Shown: positions 1 through 13,545 of the stretch, in pieces
Numbering within the stretch: the stretch's first letter is position 1
How the letters are laid out: every line of letters starts with the position of its first letter
Source of the DNA: Microbotryum violaceum
Taxonomy: Eukaryota
Reading direction: 5' to 3'
DNA length: 64,000 nt
NCBI GenBank assembly: GCA_001244265.2
Contig: CDLV01000007.1
Coordinates: 930,001 to 994,000, forward strand
The notes under the pieces: model-generated
Seen by the model: the letters and a program-made list of their open reading frames with translations, nothing else
What the model was told of the DNA's origin: nothing
Databases searched by the model: none
Program-made: the position numbers and the translations under genes

Positions 1-2110
1 ACTTGTAGCAGGCGAATGGGCGAGATAGATATCGAGTGTGTGTTAAAGAAGAAGGAGAGAGTGAACGAGACCAGAGCCTTAGATAGTATCCGCGTGCAAG
101 CCACCTCTGAGTCCAATCAATACGCCACACCGCCATCTGCCTCCATCCGGCGCCGATCCACGCGCGCGCCAACTTCCCAATGCCACAAGTCCCTCTGGAC
201 CGCTGACCCTTTACTAATTTCCCACAACACCCTGTCCCCCACCATGCCCCCGTCATCACGAGCGACACCCTCGCCGCATTAGTCCCCGGACGATCGAGAA
301 AAGCATGGGAGGGCAGGTTCAACAACGGTGACGAACCAACACAAGTCTTCGGCTTTGTTCGCTGGTTCGAGCACGGCTTAGACTCGTCCCGCGGCCCGCG
401 AAGCCGATCCCCTCGTCTGGACGTTGACTAAATTCGGACAGGTTTGTGACGTTGCGCTCTATCCCAACCGCGTCGACCTCGTGAGCGCCGGCAGCGGAGT
501 TTCAGTGCTTCTCGGCGCCGACTCCTCCCGTTTTAGCGCCGTGTTGTCGAGCAAGTACAGCTCCAAAACATCAGCTTGGTGGCCTTGTCGTGTGCGACGC
601 TCACCCCGCGGTGTGAAACTAGCAACGGTTGTGGCGAGCCTCGTTCTCGAGTGCGAGTACTTCAGCAGGATCAAAGGGATCGGGCCAGCAACCCTCGAAA
701 AGTGGCAGGGTACGCCACATGAAGACCCTTCGAGAGTCTCGCGACATGCGTACCCGCCGCAATCCCCTGTTGTGCACTAACTGAGAATCTTCTCCACTGC
801 ACTCTGCCACCCCCCTTCCGTGCCTTTCGGTCCAAGATTCCGAACTCCAAAGAGACCTCGCCGTTGAAGTTCGACTACGTCAAGCCGAGCAGTCGACCTG
901 CCTGGTCTCGACGACGCCGTGAACGGTTTAGGCAGCGGTCAAGGCGGAGTCGGGCCACCTCTTGGTCGAGCCCGAATTCGAGGACGGCATAGAACGATAA
1001 AAGCGCAAACTCCAGACTTTCAGATCGATGGAGAGGAACAAGGCGACCACGGCCGCCGAAGCTCATGTCCCGTACTCGAAGCAATCGGACTCGGGCAGGA
1101 GCTGCAGCCTTGCCCTGGCGACGAAAATTCTCTCGGCGGACTTGAATACAAAGGTATCGACAATGACGGGTACGTTCGACGATCTGGTTCAAGAACCCAC
1201 TTTGCCTGGAGGATTAAGGTAAAGCGCACATCGGTCTCGAAGACCCGCCGCAAGGACGACGCGTCACTGTCACCGGGAGGCAAGCGCACCGCCGGCAACT
1301 GAAGTTGTCGTAGAGTCGGACTCGGCTTCGCCTTTCAGTCGATCGTCGACGTATCCGAACCGCGCGGCCACGGCATCGCACCAATGTTGATTGATGGGTG
1401 AAGCCGTGCGAAGACAAAGGAGGTTGATTTGTGGTCGCAGCTTTCGGAGTTTTGTCGCACCGGGACCGGAGTCGCCACCCGTGCTTCAAGTCAGCATCAT
1501 GATCTTGTCTAGGTGTCGTTACAGATCAGAATTTTGACATTGTTTAAATCATCCCCGAATAAGATCATACGTTTGCGCGGTGCTACACTAAATGACTTTC
1601 CCGAGATCGCCTCCGAGTGGCCGGTCAACTCGATTGCGCATCGGCCTCGTCAATTGCACTTTCCCTTTGCCCTTTTGACCCGGCGAGCGAGCGAGCAAGT
1701 GCCTCCCCATCCGGCGCTCTTGGTTAACTTGGTTGTTATTCATCCCGTAAGCCGAGGAGGACACCATCGATCGGCGCATCATCAAGCCTTGGGTACTGAT
1801 ACTCACGCGGGCTGTCGGATTGCGGACTATTGCAGTCACGTTCGCACATTGCCACGCCCCGTCCCCGTGGCGTCGATTTCCGCGTCGCCGGCCTAGTCAT
1901 TGGCTTCCGTGAACGGGCGACTCCGTCTCGCGACGGACATCATCTATCACGACGGTCCGAACGGAACACCTTTTATTGTCGAGGCACGTACCTGCGCCTC
2001 TACCAACGCTTCCTGGTCGACGCGACATCGCCTACAGCCGACACTTAGCTCGAGAGCCCGTCGTCTGATCGACACGCGCTCCAGAGCGCTCTGCCAGAGC
2101 CGCCGACGTG

Positions 2111-5100
2111 ATGGCATCCCCACAGCCGCCGTACGAGGATGTACACAAGGCGCGCAACAACCACCGACGCACGCGTTTGAACGCATTGAGGGCTATGTCC
2201 CTCTCGTCGCATCTCAACGGGAGCGCCTTCGCGTTGCTCTATGTCTCCCCTGTTGGCGAGATCGAGACCTTCTCGACGCCCTCGCTGAGGCCCCACCTCG
2301 GTAGCTGGTTCAACATCAAGGTCCACAAAGAGGCCAAGCGCTCGACCATCAAATATTTTCGTACCAGAAGACGTATACAAGGCGAATTCGCGATTGCAAA
2401 CGACTTTCGAGGCGAGTACGACGTTGAGGAACCCAAAGCTCCGACGATAACGATCACCGGCAAGCCGAGGTGGCCGCGATCTCGCACAGCTTCGACACGC
2501 GCGATCGTCGAAGATGACTGGGAGGAAGAGGATAGCCCCATGTTGGGTGCTGAAACGGCCTTGATCCTGCCTCCTCTTGAGCCAAAGCATGCGACCGAGT
2601 CGGGCGCGAATCAGGCTTCTGCGCCGGCGTCAAGAGAGAGGGAATCTCCGCCAGACGGAAGCGCCGCAAACACTCATCTGAGGACACCTGGACCCATGAC
2701 CAGGCAAAATCGACCCGCACGGTCACCTACATCTGCGGGAGCCCGACCTACCTCCAGCGAAGGCGACTTTGGCCGATCCCCGTCGATGGGTCAGCTTGGC
2801 CTGGACGATACCGCTGCAACCGGGAGGAGAGAACTCGATGCCCTTGGACGACCTACACCACCGCTGTCGACGTCTCCTACTGAGCTTGGCGTCACATTGT
2901 CGCAGGCTTCGATCTTTCCTCGCCCTCCACTGTGCCGGCTCGTCCCCATCCTGCTGGACCCGCAGTCGATCTCGAAATGGTACTTAAGCAGATTTTCGGC
3001 GATTCCCCACGAGCAACAGTACGAGCTTTGTGCATTGTGGATACGAGCGCTAGAGCCCGATCACAAGGTCAAGTTTCCTTACAAGACCAGCGGATCGACT
3101 CTTCAACCAGCATGGTGGCCTGCAGGGGTGCCACACAAGCCGCCATCCCGCCTGTCCGAAACAGGTGAGCCAGTGTCGGTGAACACACCCATATAGCCAG
3201 GGGCTAACGCTGACCCTGCACGTGCTTCCTCTACGCAGAGCGAACCCTTCTGCTCGCTGCCATGATCCACTCTCATGATCGACCGTTGTACCAGCTGGAA
3301 GAGATGACCGCGCAAGATTCGTTTGCGATCTCTCTCGAGCTCGACTATCTGCTTAATGACATCTACAAAGTCGTCAAGCTGCAGAGGCGAGGGCAGAATA
3401 ATGTCGAAGGTAAGGGTCGACGCTTATTATGCTAAAGCAGGATTTCAAAAACGTAACTCATGCTCTCTGCACATGTTCGTACCCGCAGGGGCGCTGTTCC
3501 CTGCCTTCAGTGTGGACGTCCTTCCACTCGACTCGGAGGTCCTCGATTTCGTGGCTGGCGCGTTAACCGTTGTGCCGGAGGAGGAACCCGGTCACCCGAC
3601 AAATGATGCCAACACGAATGTGCTTGCCTCCCCCATCAAGTCGAATGAGAAGAGCTCTACGGGAGGATCCAAAGGATCACGACACCGGTCCCGCAGTTCG
3701 CTCTCCTCCGCGCCATCAACTTCCGCGACCGCCGTCTTCGGAGCGTCACCAGCACCGCGGGCGCGGACCTTCGCGCATCCCTACGCCTTGTCGCGATCCA
3801 CCAGCGTTCAAGACGTCGGCATAAACGGCCTGTCGCTTGCGACAGGGTCCCAACCGCTCTCGCGCAGTCACTCTATCAATGGCCCTGGAACTTCTCTGGA
3901 CGATGCGATGGCGAACCGGGATCGCGGCATTGTGTCCAGTACGGCCTCGCGAGCCCATCGAACACCTGGTCAAAAGCAAGCCTCCGATATTGGCAACGTT
4001 CGTACTTTGGAGCATCCTTCGACAGCGACGACATCCGCGGCCTTGCAGCGCGCACTCGAGAACGGGCTGGACGATCAAGACGACGCAGCGCTCAAGTCGC
4101 CGTCCGATGGCGCGAGTGCCTCGCGGCGTTCCCACCACCGCGAGCCGGCGTTTGCCTCCCCAGCTATGATCAAATCTGCCAGCCGGAACATGGTCTTTGA
4201 TTTCATACCGGAAGCTGGCGGGATGGCCCCTTCGCCCTCTCGTAGTGCACCTGTGGCGATAGTCAAAAAGCCAGCTGGGTCGAAGCCCCTCTCTCGCCAA
4301 GGCTCTCGCGCCTCGGCGGCGAAGAAGGACCGAGTACGCGCTTCGGCCCCCAAGCCGATTACAATACACCCGGCTCATCAGCTGGGAGAGCTCGCTGTCG
4401 AAATAGCTGGCGCGGACTATCCCACTCCGACGTACTCTACACCGTCGCACATGGCCCGGTCGCAGTCCGCAAGGCAGGCCTTCCAGCAGGCTCCCGAGCC
4501 CTCGCAGCGGGCCATGCCCCATCCTCACTCGTCGCAAATCCCGCAATCTGCACAATTTCAATCGTCGCATCTCGAAACCCCCACTCAGTACGGGCAGCCG
4601 CGTTACACGATCCCTCATCCTCAACAACACCAAGTCATGCACCCCGGCATGCAGTACGGGGAGTACGAAGAACAGAGAACGGCGCGCCAGCCCCTGCCCG
4701 CTCAGCAAGCGCCGAACACCTTTGTCATGCCCGTTCCCGAGGATCCCAACGCGCGGACGCAGCATCAGATTGGCTACTCGCCGCGAGAAGCGAACCGTTA
4801 TCAGATGCGACACAATCAGGGCCAAGCCGGACAGCAAGCACACTACATTGGGACGCAGGACTCGCAGTACTTCGAGGCTCAGACGGGACGATCGCAAGGG
4901 CAGCCCGTCCAGCAAGACGCCGAAGGCTCTCGCTTCCAACACCACGCGCCCTACCTCAATGTTCGCATGGTCAATCAACAAACCTATTCAACTCAGCCCA
5001 CGCACTATTACCACAGCGAAGCTGCAAACCAAGCTGACACGGTGCAGTACACCGGTGGTGCCATGGGCATGAACGATTACTCGCAATGGCCTGTACATCA

Positions 5101-5224
5101 GCAGTCGGCCGTGGGATTAGGGCTGGATGAATTCTCCGGTACCACTTGGGACGGCGCCATGTATGATACTCAGGCCATGCAGGGCATGATGCAACAACAG
5201 CAAACGATGCAGTACGGTTCATGA
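2111..5224 (+). CDS. YDR124W/DUF2841-like helical-bundle protein with a MADS-like N-terminus and a long S/Q/P-rich disordered tail; probable transcription regulator; 3 exons
   Basis: Contains WY..RF..IP..QQ..LC..WIRALEP..K.KFPY....PAWWP.GVPHKPP..L..ER.LLL, which resembles the DUF2841 consensus. GT-AG introns at 3165-3238 and 3410-3488 join ORFs 2108..3196 and 3323..5224 in frame. Confidence 0.75.
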
Positions 5225-5667
5225 ACGGAGCTCTGGAAGCTCCTCGGGGTCATGTTCTCGACCAGCGCGGAGTCAATCTTGTTGCGCGAAAGTCCTCTTC
5301 TCATTTTTCTTGATCTATTGTATCTTATCGGCTCTCTTGTATGTCTCGCTCTTTCTTCCTTGATTGTCTGTATCCATGTCGTATTCATCTTCATCGCCAT
5401 CGGGGAAGATCGTGAAATCGAAATTGTACTTGTACCAATTCCGACAAAACGTCTCAGTTACAGTCGTCGGACTCAGGGGCATCGCAGCAACATAGGCAGC
5501 GACTTGTTCTTCCAAATCACGAGTAAGGGGTAAGTTAAGAGGAAGCGACAACACTACTTAAAAGACCTTACAACAAATTTGGCTCTGGTACCAAGAGCAC
5601 TCTACACATCGACCCAGCGAAGCTTTTTTTGATCCAACTTCATGCCCAACAAGAAGTCGAGTGGTCT

Positions 5668-8600
5668 TCAATTGAGTCCACTACCATCGGCCTGGACTTG
5701 CCACATCCAATCCTGACCCTCTTCCTTCTCGCCCTGATCCAGCGCATCCCATTGGTCCGTAAGATTTACGTCATTCCAACTCTGTCCCTGAAAAGCGTCA
5801 ACGACATGACTCGTCGGTTGATCGGGAACACACGGAACGAGGTGTGTCGGTAGATTGGGGTCCCGATTGGAGACGACCCCGTAGGTGTCGAAGATGTACG
5901 GCGAATACTCTTGAGCGCCATTTGAGTCCTGCGTTGCCATGTACGGCTCCAACGCGGATTGGTCCAGGGAATTTGTGTACGAGTGTTGCGATTCGGAGCT
6001 GAATTGGGTCGAGGGGCGAGGATCTACTGGCGCATGACGCTGCATGGGATTCCCGTATGAGGTCGAGCCAGGTCGAAGCCGCCTTCGCGCCTCTGTGAGC
6101 TGCCGGAGACGCGTGCCAGCTCGAGGCGTGAAGTAACATGCTAGTTCGAGACCTTCTCGGAGCCTGTGAAAGTGCACATTACAACATTCAGCAAGTGATT
6201 GTGTATTTCTAGTCGCTCGATGGGAGAGAAACTGACCACTCTAACTCCTGCTCACTCAGCTCATACTCGGTGGAGGCGGATACACCAGGCAACTCAACTC
6301 GCTGTGCCGCCATTTCCGTCCATGCCGGCAAAGTCTCAAGCTGGACCACGAGGTGGTAGACGAGGTGTTTGTCGTTCGATTGTAGGAAGAGCTGCGAGTA
6401 GAACGCGACGAGCTTGAGTGACTTGCGCACGCGAAGTTCGGACTCGTGGCGCAAAGAAGCCAAGAAGGCGCTGTCCCGACGCGTCGAATTCCAGGTCGCG
6501 CGTGCGTCGGAGTGCAAGAACTGGTGAACCAGATTGATGATGTCGACGAGATAGGTGTCGGCGCGAACTCCAAGGAGAACGAACTGATCGAGCGCGTAAG
6601 GTTCATCCTCACACCCCGGTGGAGGCACGTGGATATTAACCAAAAACTGCTGCAGTTTCTGGATGCCCGCGTGTGCCTCGTCAATGAGGGCGTACAGAGC
6701 TCGGAACTCTTGCAGAGGAGACGGTGTGTTGGGACGTCGGTCTGCTCAGAGTAGATGTGACTATCGTCAGATGGTCGAGTCACAGCGAAAAGTCGGGGAG
6801 GAGCGAGCTAAACCACGTACCGATCGCGAGGCGAGCAAAGAGGCGCTGCACCCCACAGACCCATAGGCCGGTCGTCGCAAGTGCCGATTCAAGAACAGAT
6901 CGAGTGAGAGGTTGTTGCAGAGTCTGTTCAAGCACAGACGCAAGCCGTTGCTCGACGAAATTGGGAAGCGCGGCCCCCGCCGGCCCAAAGTAAGATTGCA
7001 GCTCCTCCGTGCTGATGAGGCAGGGCCACATCGCGCGTGGAGCTGTCATGGCATCGTCCGCGAACAACGACGTCGATAGCCTCTTGCTCAGGTCAAATCC
7101 GACTTCCTCACTGTCGCTATTCATGAGATCGACGAACATCCCGACTGCATTCCGGAGCACGAATCGACTCTCTTTCGGTTGCGCCTCTTCGACTGTGTTC
7201 AGCACCAGGTGTGTCAGCGCCTATACCTCCTCTTCGCGATGCGCAAGCTCTACTCACATATGAGCAGCTGCGTCAATCCTGCCAGAGACTCCAAGTTGTC
7301 CCACCGAGGCTCGCTCAGCACCTTCCCTGCCCAGCAAATTTCCTTGGCGCGCGCCTCGAGCGCTCGACAGGCGTTCTCCCGTCGTTCGCCAGCACCGAGG
7401 TACATCGCAGGAGTGGCCGTTCCGTCCGAAAGTGCGGCCGTCGAGATGCCCAAAAGGGCCGAATGTGGTGATGTTCGAGCGCCGAGCGCGCAGAGTACGG
7501 CGACGCCGAGTTGCGCCGACGGTTCCAGGTCGTGCAAGTTGGCCTGGTATTCAGGGATCCGTTCCGCAAGCGCATGCAAGGCTGGTAACCGTGAGCAGCA
7601 CGCTCTCTGTCCCGCATGCATCAGGCTGATCGTTAAGGTCTTAGCGGCGCTGGGTAAGCCGAGTCGATGCTCGATGCTGAAAGGTCCAATGTTGGCGAGG
7701 CCGAGCCGCTCTTCGACCAAGAACTTGAGCAACGAGCAAGATTCCTCCAGACTGAGATTAGGGTGAAGGGCGCTATGAATCGAAGTGACGAGCCTTAATG
7801 ACGCCTCACTGTTGCGATCGTCGGGAGAAAGTGGAGGCACGGGCGTCGGGACGGTCCAGGCTGGGGTATTTGATGAGGCTGCGGGCGAAGTTTGCTTTGC
7901 GTCGTAGTCGCTGTCATATCGCTGTGCTTCCAGTTGTTGCTCCATAGTGGCCACCGCAGCTTCGAGCGCTGCCACTCGGTCCGACTCTTCCGGGTCATCC
8001 CTTTTTCGAGCCGAAGTCTGATCCGGGTAGCTGCAGCCCTCGCGACGCTTGAGACACCGACCGCAAATGGGGAACGCTCGGTCGCACCGTACGCGACGCT
8101 CCCTGCACCGATTGCAAGTCTTGTCGCCGTAATACTGCCCCTCGATCGCACCCGGGTCGATCTCGCCTCGCCTGCGCTTAACGCCGACTCGAGCGCCCTT
8201 GACGGTGCCCGAGGCGGACATGGTGACGTTCGAAGCAATCCGACTCCCCGAGTGGGCCTCAAACGTGATGTGATCATCGTCGGGTGAGCTCTCATCTTCG
8301 GCACGAGCGACGGTGACGATCATGGTCGAAGGGTCGAGGGTGTGATTGAGGCTGGCGCTGCGCGACTCGTCGAAACGCTCGTCCTTGCCCCTGTAGCTGA
8401 CGGCGCTAGTCGCACCGGTATCTCTGCCGGAACCTGAGCCGGAGCCGGAGCCGGAGCCGGCACGTGACGTGATGGTGTTGTTGGGAGAATCGGAAGCGAC
8501 AGAGGACATGACGAGATGGCCTTGTGCTGTCGAATGCGAGTGCGACTGCGGGCGGGGAGGCGGCGGCGGCGGCGATACGGCCGCACCGGGCGGGAGAGGC

Positions 8601-8950
8601 GGGAGGACTCGTAGAGGGGCACCACCGTCCCAAGACTGGCCCGGGTTGAAGGGTGACCAGACGTATTGGCTGGCGCTAGTCGCAGCGGTGGTGACAGTAC
8701 TGGCGAGGGCCGAGGACGAGCTGAGCGACGCTGACTGCGACGGGATTGAGCCGGTCCGGGCGACTCTTGGGCCTAGAGTGGCCGGAATCAACGCTGAAGC
8801 TGGGCTCCGAGTTGGATCAGCCGGCGTGGCGCTCACGCCAATGTGGTACGGCGTGTACACGAGCGTTGGAACGACGTGACTAGTCAACGTGTCGTCAGTG
8901 AAAGGTAGTGTAGTGGGTGGTGGAGGCGACAAAGTTCGTCGAGAGCTCAT
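5668..8950 (-). CDS. Zn(II)2Cys6 fungal transcription factor, multi-exon
   Basis: Binuclear cluster CNRCRERRVRCDRAFPICGRCLKRREGC followed by a coiled coil (RVAALEAAVATMEQQL). Downstream exons correspond to ORFs 6780..7205, 6209..6643 and 5668..6177. First ATG is at 8950. Confidence 0.9.
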
Positions 8951-10704
8951 CAAAGCAAGGCCACGCTGGCAGTTGTCAATTGCGATGGCTGCTTGAGCAT
9001 CTGACGACGCTGACAATCCACAGCCGTCTTGTCACAGTCTCACTCGACGCAGTAACCAAGAAGCACTTTGGGTCCGATTCACGTCGGAGAGGTAGCAGCC
9101 GATCGTCTGGCTGTGTCCGGGGTCAAATCCAAGAAATGCTCTGGCACAGCGCCTAGCCAGGCGTCGACAGGCTAGCCCCCGCTGCGCGCTGCGCCCTGCG
9201 CCCTGCTGCGCCAGACTGCGCAGGGCAGCGCAGGCAGGACCCCCGAAAGCCCAGCCGGAGGCGCCAATTTGTTTTTTGACATGTTGGGGACCCAAGATCC
9301 TGAAAATCGTCGAGGCGCATTGCAAAAATTTGCCATTTTGGGACGAAACACACGTTTTGCCCCCGAGGCGCCTTTGCAGATTTTGACATTTTTCCCGTCG
9401 GTCGACGCAATTTTGGCCTGAGCAGCCTTTGGCATGACTTTGGGCCCGTTCGCCTTCGCTTCGAGACGCGCGTCGCAATGCTCGCGCTTGTACAGGTCAC
9501 TAGTCATTTTTGTGATCACTTTATTAGTGCAGTGGCTGCTAGGGATTAGATACCAATAGTTCCCACTGTGATTGAAGCGGCGCCGGTTCTGTTCCACTTC
9601 ACTTCGTTCTGACAATTATTGAAGCATAACACGACAACATGATTCCATGCTTATTTCTCGACGAAGACCAGGACTGCTATTTGAACAGACGATGACTTCG
9701 ATCGAGTATCGCCGCTCACCAACATGACAATCGCCGAGCTCCTCGCCTTCGATGTATCATGTCGCTCCCGCCGACGCGTCTCTTCGCACCGAGTTGTCCA
9801 AGGGCAAGCCCACCCAATAATTGACCTACCCTACCTGACTCTCCAGACCAGAGACGCGTTTCTCGCCACCGATGCTCTGACCAACGCACGCAAGAATGGA
9901 TATCGACCGTTGGCCGTCGCGTCGACAAGCAGTACGGAGCGCTAGCACAACGCTATCGTGATTTTGGATTGCTAGACGGAGTTGAAACCACTGCCACACC
10001 ATTGGAGATCGGATCTCTGATCTGCTTTGGCCTCGTGCGTGGCATGCAGCTGCGGATGGAGAAGAACCGCTGTCCATAGGAGCTTCGCCTCATCGAGAAA
10101 GCATGCTATTTCACTCACATTGATGGCACTGTGCCGTTCTGCATGATTGAAGGTCGACAGGTCATCGAGTCATTAGGCCCGCCAACGACTACATATTGTC
10201 CCACAGGGATCTTACCTCATGTCACCCCGACGAGCGCATAATCAGCACGTGCGCACATGCCGAGCAAAGATTGCCGCCCTTCGGAGCGTGCCCGGGCCGC
10301 GAGATGCCGCCGGTAGAATCTCTACAAGCCGCACAACTGCCACCGCGGATACAAAGAGCTCAAGTTCAGGAAAACGTAAGTCTGACAACGAAGTAGCGAG
10401 CCCGCCAGTAAAGCAAGGAAGAGGCCACGCGCGACACCAGCCGAAGCGACGCGTGCCGCAAGCCACTTTCGATAGGCCGCCGCGCGCCCGCAAACGCTCG
10501 GAACGCGTTTTCGAGGGCTTTTCGGCGATTTTTGGAGCATGTAGAACACATCTTGATAATTTTTCCGAGGCGCATGTGAGATTTTGACATTTTGGGGCCA
10601 AAATAGGGTAAAAAAACTTTGACAAAAAGGCCAAAAAACTGCATTTTTCCACATGCGCCTCTGGCTGGGCTTTCTGGGCCCGTACCCATGTCGGGGGTGG
10701 GGGG

Positions 10705-10985
10705 GGGAGAGGAAAAGAAAAGAAAAGAAAGAAAAAGGAAAAGAAAAAGAAAAAAAGAAAAAGGAAAAGAAAGAAAAAAGGAAAAAGGAAAAGAAAAGAA
10801 AAAAAAAAAAAAAAGAAAAGAAGAAAAAGAAAAGAAAAGAAAAGAAAAGAAAAAAAAAAAAAAAAAAAAGAAAAGAAAAAGAAAAAAAGAAAAAGAAAAA
10901 AAAAAAAAAAGAAAAAAAAAGAAAAAAAAAGAAAAAGAAAAAAGAAAAAAAAAGAAAAAAAGAAAAAAAGAAAAAAAAAAGAAAA

Positions 10986-11017
<32 letters not shown>

Positions 11018-11046
11018 AAAGAAAAAAAAAGAAAAAAAGAAAAAAG

Positions 11047-11110
<64 letters not shown>

Positions 11111-11220
11111 AGAGGGAAAGGGAAAAAAGGGGGGAAAAAGAGAAGAGGGAGGGGAAGAGAAAGAACTTGGAGAAAGAAGAAGAGGGAGGGGGAGGTGCAA
11201 AAGGAGAAAGAGAGGAAGTG
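10705..11220. repeat. About 500-bp almost pure purine (A-rich, A/G) low-complexity tract
   Basis: Directly visible and preceded by a G run. It generates spurious poly-Lys and poly-Phe ORFs. Confidence 0.95.
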
Positions 11221-11439
11221 GTACGGAACAAGTCATTTTGACAACATACTTCATATTACGCAGGTATTATACAGCTACAAAGTTGTGACACTTCTTTTGA
11301 TGCCAAGCTCGGCCATTCATCTCAGCCCTTGTCAGTCCTCTACAGAACCTTCGTGATTGTGGGTCGTTCGGATCCATCTCGTCTGTGCTTCCGCAGTCCA
11401 AGCACGCCCCGTCACACTCAGTCACCGATCCGTCATCGC

Positions 11440-13091
11440 TTAGTTTTGACCCCTTGCGTCGACAAATAGTTTGCCCACATAATCAACGTGCTTTGCCCCT
11501 TTTGTGGTACCCGCGCGCGTCAAAGCGCTACTCGTGCCCAAGTCCGCGCTCGAACCAGCGTCGCTCGAGGCAGTTGCAGCAAAGGGGCGGATGGATGACG
11601 TTGTAGGATCCGAGAAATCGACTTCTACCTCTGGCCTCCCCAAGGCAGGTGGTTTGTGACCGAGTAATGCCGTAGCCGCTAGCATGCTAACATCACGACC
11701 GCGGGAGGGGTCGGTAAACAAAGCTTGGATCACTATGACGTCGTTCCCACCCATGTTCATTGTGGCTTGAGCATTTGCCAGCGACGACCATCTCGGTGCC
11801 CATGTATTGATGTGCTCTGGCATCTGTGTGAGGATTGCGCTTCAGCTCAACATCACCATTCAGTGTGACACAAACGCGACATACTTTGTAAAAAATGTCT
11901 AGTCCGTTGGCATACTTGTTCCAAGGCTCGGTATTCTCGAATATCCGAAGATTTTGAGGAGCTCCCAGTCGTACCTTGCTTGAGAGATATCTGTATAGCG
12001 CTCGTTGGCTGGGTGTGTGGACATACAATACACCGAATCGAGTACCCTGACGTTCCGCTGGCCAGTCGTGGCGAAGCTTGCGATCGGTTGGCAGCCGGCT
12101 TTGCATATGCTGTATCGCCGGCGTATTGTTTTCCAGCAAGTTCCGTGGCGACCACTTGACGGGCTCCGAACGCAGAGTCCCGCGCTCGACTTGATAGGGC
12201 TCGATCAAAAAGTGCATTTGCGCTGTTGGCGACTGAACAACAGGTACGATGCCGAATGTTTCGGTGGATGGGGTGTAGAGCAGCGGGTTGACTATATCTG
12301 ACACGGTGGTTGAGTGCCGTGGGAAAAATGCCGAGGTTTTGCGCCTCAGACGATGTAATTCCACAGTGAGCCAGAGGTCGTAGTGCCCCACGCATGGTTT
12401 TCCGGTACGATTGAACGTCCCAACCTGCGAATACAAGGGAGAATGGGTGAGAATGGTTGCCGCTTCTTCGAATTGCGATGGTGGAGTTGGACTGACCGTG
12501 AGGTTATGCACTAGCACGTAGTCAGCCGTGCGCATTGACATGGCACGGAGAAACACCAGACTTTGGAAACTGTTGGCGAAGGTTCCGATGGATGCCTCCT
12601 TCGAGACTGTTGGTGTCGCGCTGGCAGGAATTAAACGGACACCGTCATCCGCCTTTCCATCTGGCCCTCCGCAAGGCCCAAGGTCGGTGTACAGCTCGAT
12701 GCCAACTGGATCCGATACTTGGCCTTTCCGAACCGCCTCAAGACATCTCTTCGCTGCCTCGTGCGCCGCTTTGTTGAAAAGTGGTTGCTTCGACTTCGCA
12801 TCGACCGAGCTTCTCAAAGACCTCCCGGACCAAAGGCTCGAGAATGCCTGGCGGAGGGATCCATCGACGAACGCGTCTCCAAAGCTTCTTGTTCCATACC
12901 GGCGAGCGGACCGCTTCTTCCCACGTCATTCCGAGTTTTGCTAGGCGAGCCTCCATCAGGAGTCGATCATCCGCATTCGGGATGAAAACCGCATCGGAGA
13001 AGGCGCGAGCAAAGGCATTGCCAGCAGCGCCATGTTTTTTGGACACATAGATCCGGCCAAAGAATTGCCAGAGATCGAATAGAATTTGCAC
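11440..13091 (-). pseudogene. Frameshifted DDE transposase remnant (DxxH/Mutator-like group; resembles the DUF6729-associated family)
   Basis: Motifs spread over several frames: LFDLWQFFGRI..KKHG..FARAFSDAVFI; WRRVRRWIPPP; PLFN; SDP.GIELY; CQRDTNSLEGGIH (about 12585-12630, degenerate RGTN..EG.H); HNL|VGTFNRTG..GHYDLWL. Confidence 0.7.
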
Positions 13092-13363
13092 AGCGGTATC
13101 GTCTGAGGAAGGGACTAGTGAAAGGGGATGGTTCGAGATACATACATCAGCTCCAGCCCCGGCGCCAGGACTGGCGCAAGTCCGTACTAGTAACTGACCT
13201 TTGCTTGTTGCAGCCTTGCCCCATATAGCTTTGCCAACTGCTACATTTTGTCATCCGTGTTATCGGCGCTTCGTTTCCGAAAGGGGCGTGACAGTAGTTG
13301 CATCGTAGGATATGGCACGTTGCAGCATGAAGACAAGGGGATCGCCGCATGCGGCGCGCCTGA

Positions 13364-13545
13364 TTGCGCCAACTCAGTCCGCCAACTCAGTCCGCCAACT
13401 CAAGTGCTCCAACTCAAGTGCTCCAACTCAAGCGCGCACGGTGCGCTAACTCAAGTGCGCTAACTCGGGCGCACAACTGCGCCAACTCAAGTGCGCTAAC
13501 TCAATTGCGCCAACTCAATTTGGCGCGCGCGAGTTAGCGCAAGCG
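13364..13545 (+). repeat. Imperfect tandem array of 12-13-bp units (gcgccaactcaa / gcgctaactcaa), likely TE subterminal repeats
   Basis: About 10 units visible. The same array plus flank recurs at 42925-43017. Confidence 0.85.

Noticed and set aside
3746-4981. 411-aa antisense ORF (similarly 25442..26119, 24357..24758, 7179..7766)
   Set aside because: Shadow ORFs opposite well-supported GC-rich genes, with no motifs of their own.
10242-11356. Poly-Lys and poly-Phe ORFs of 211-329 aa
   Set aside because: They are translations of the low-complexity purine tract, not genes.
13364-13545. CRISPR-like appearance of the short repeat arrays (also 36537-37400)
   Set aside because: Eukaryotic context, no constant-length unique spacers, no cas genes; better explained as TE subterminal repeats.
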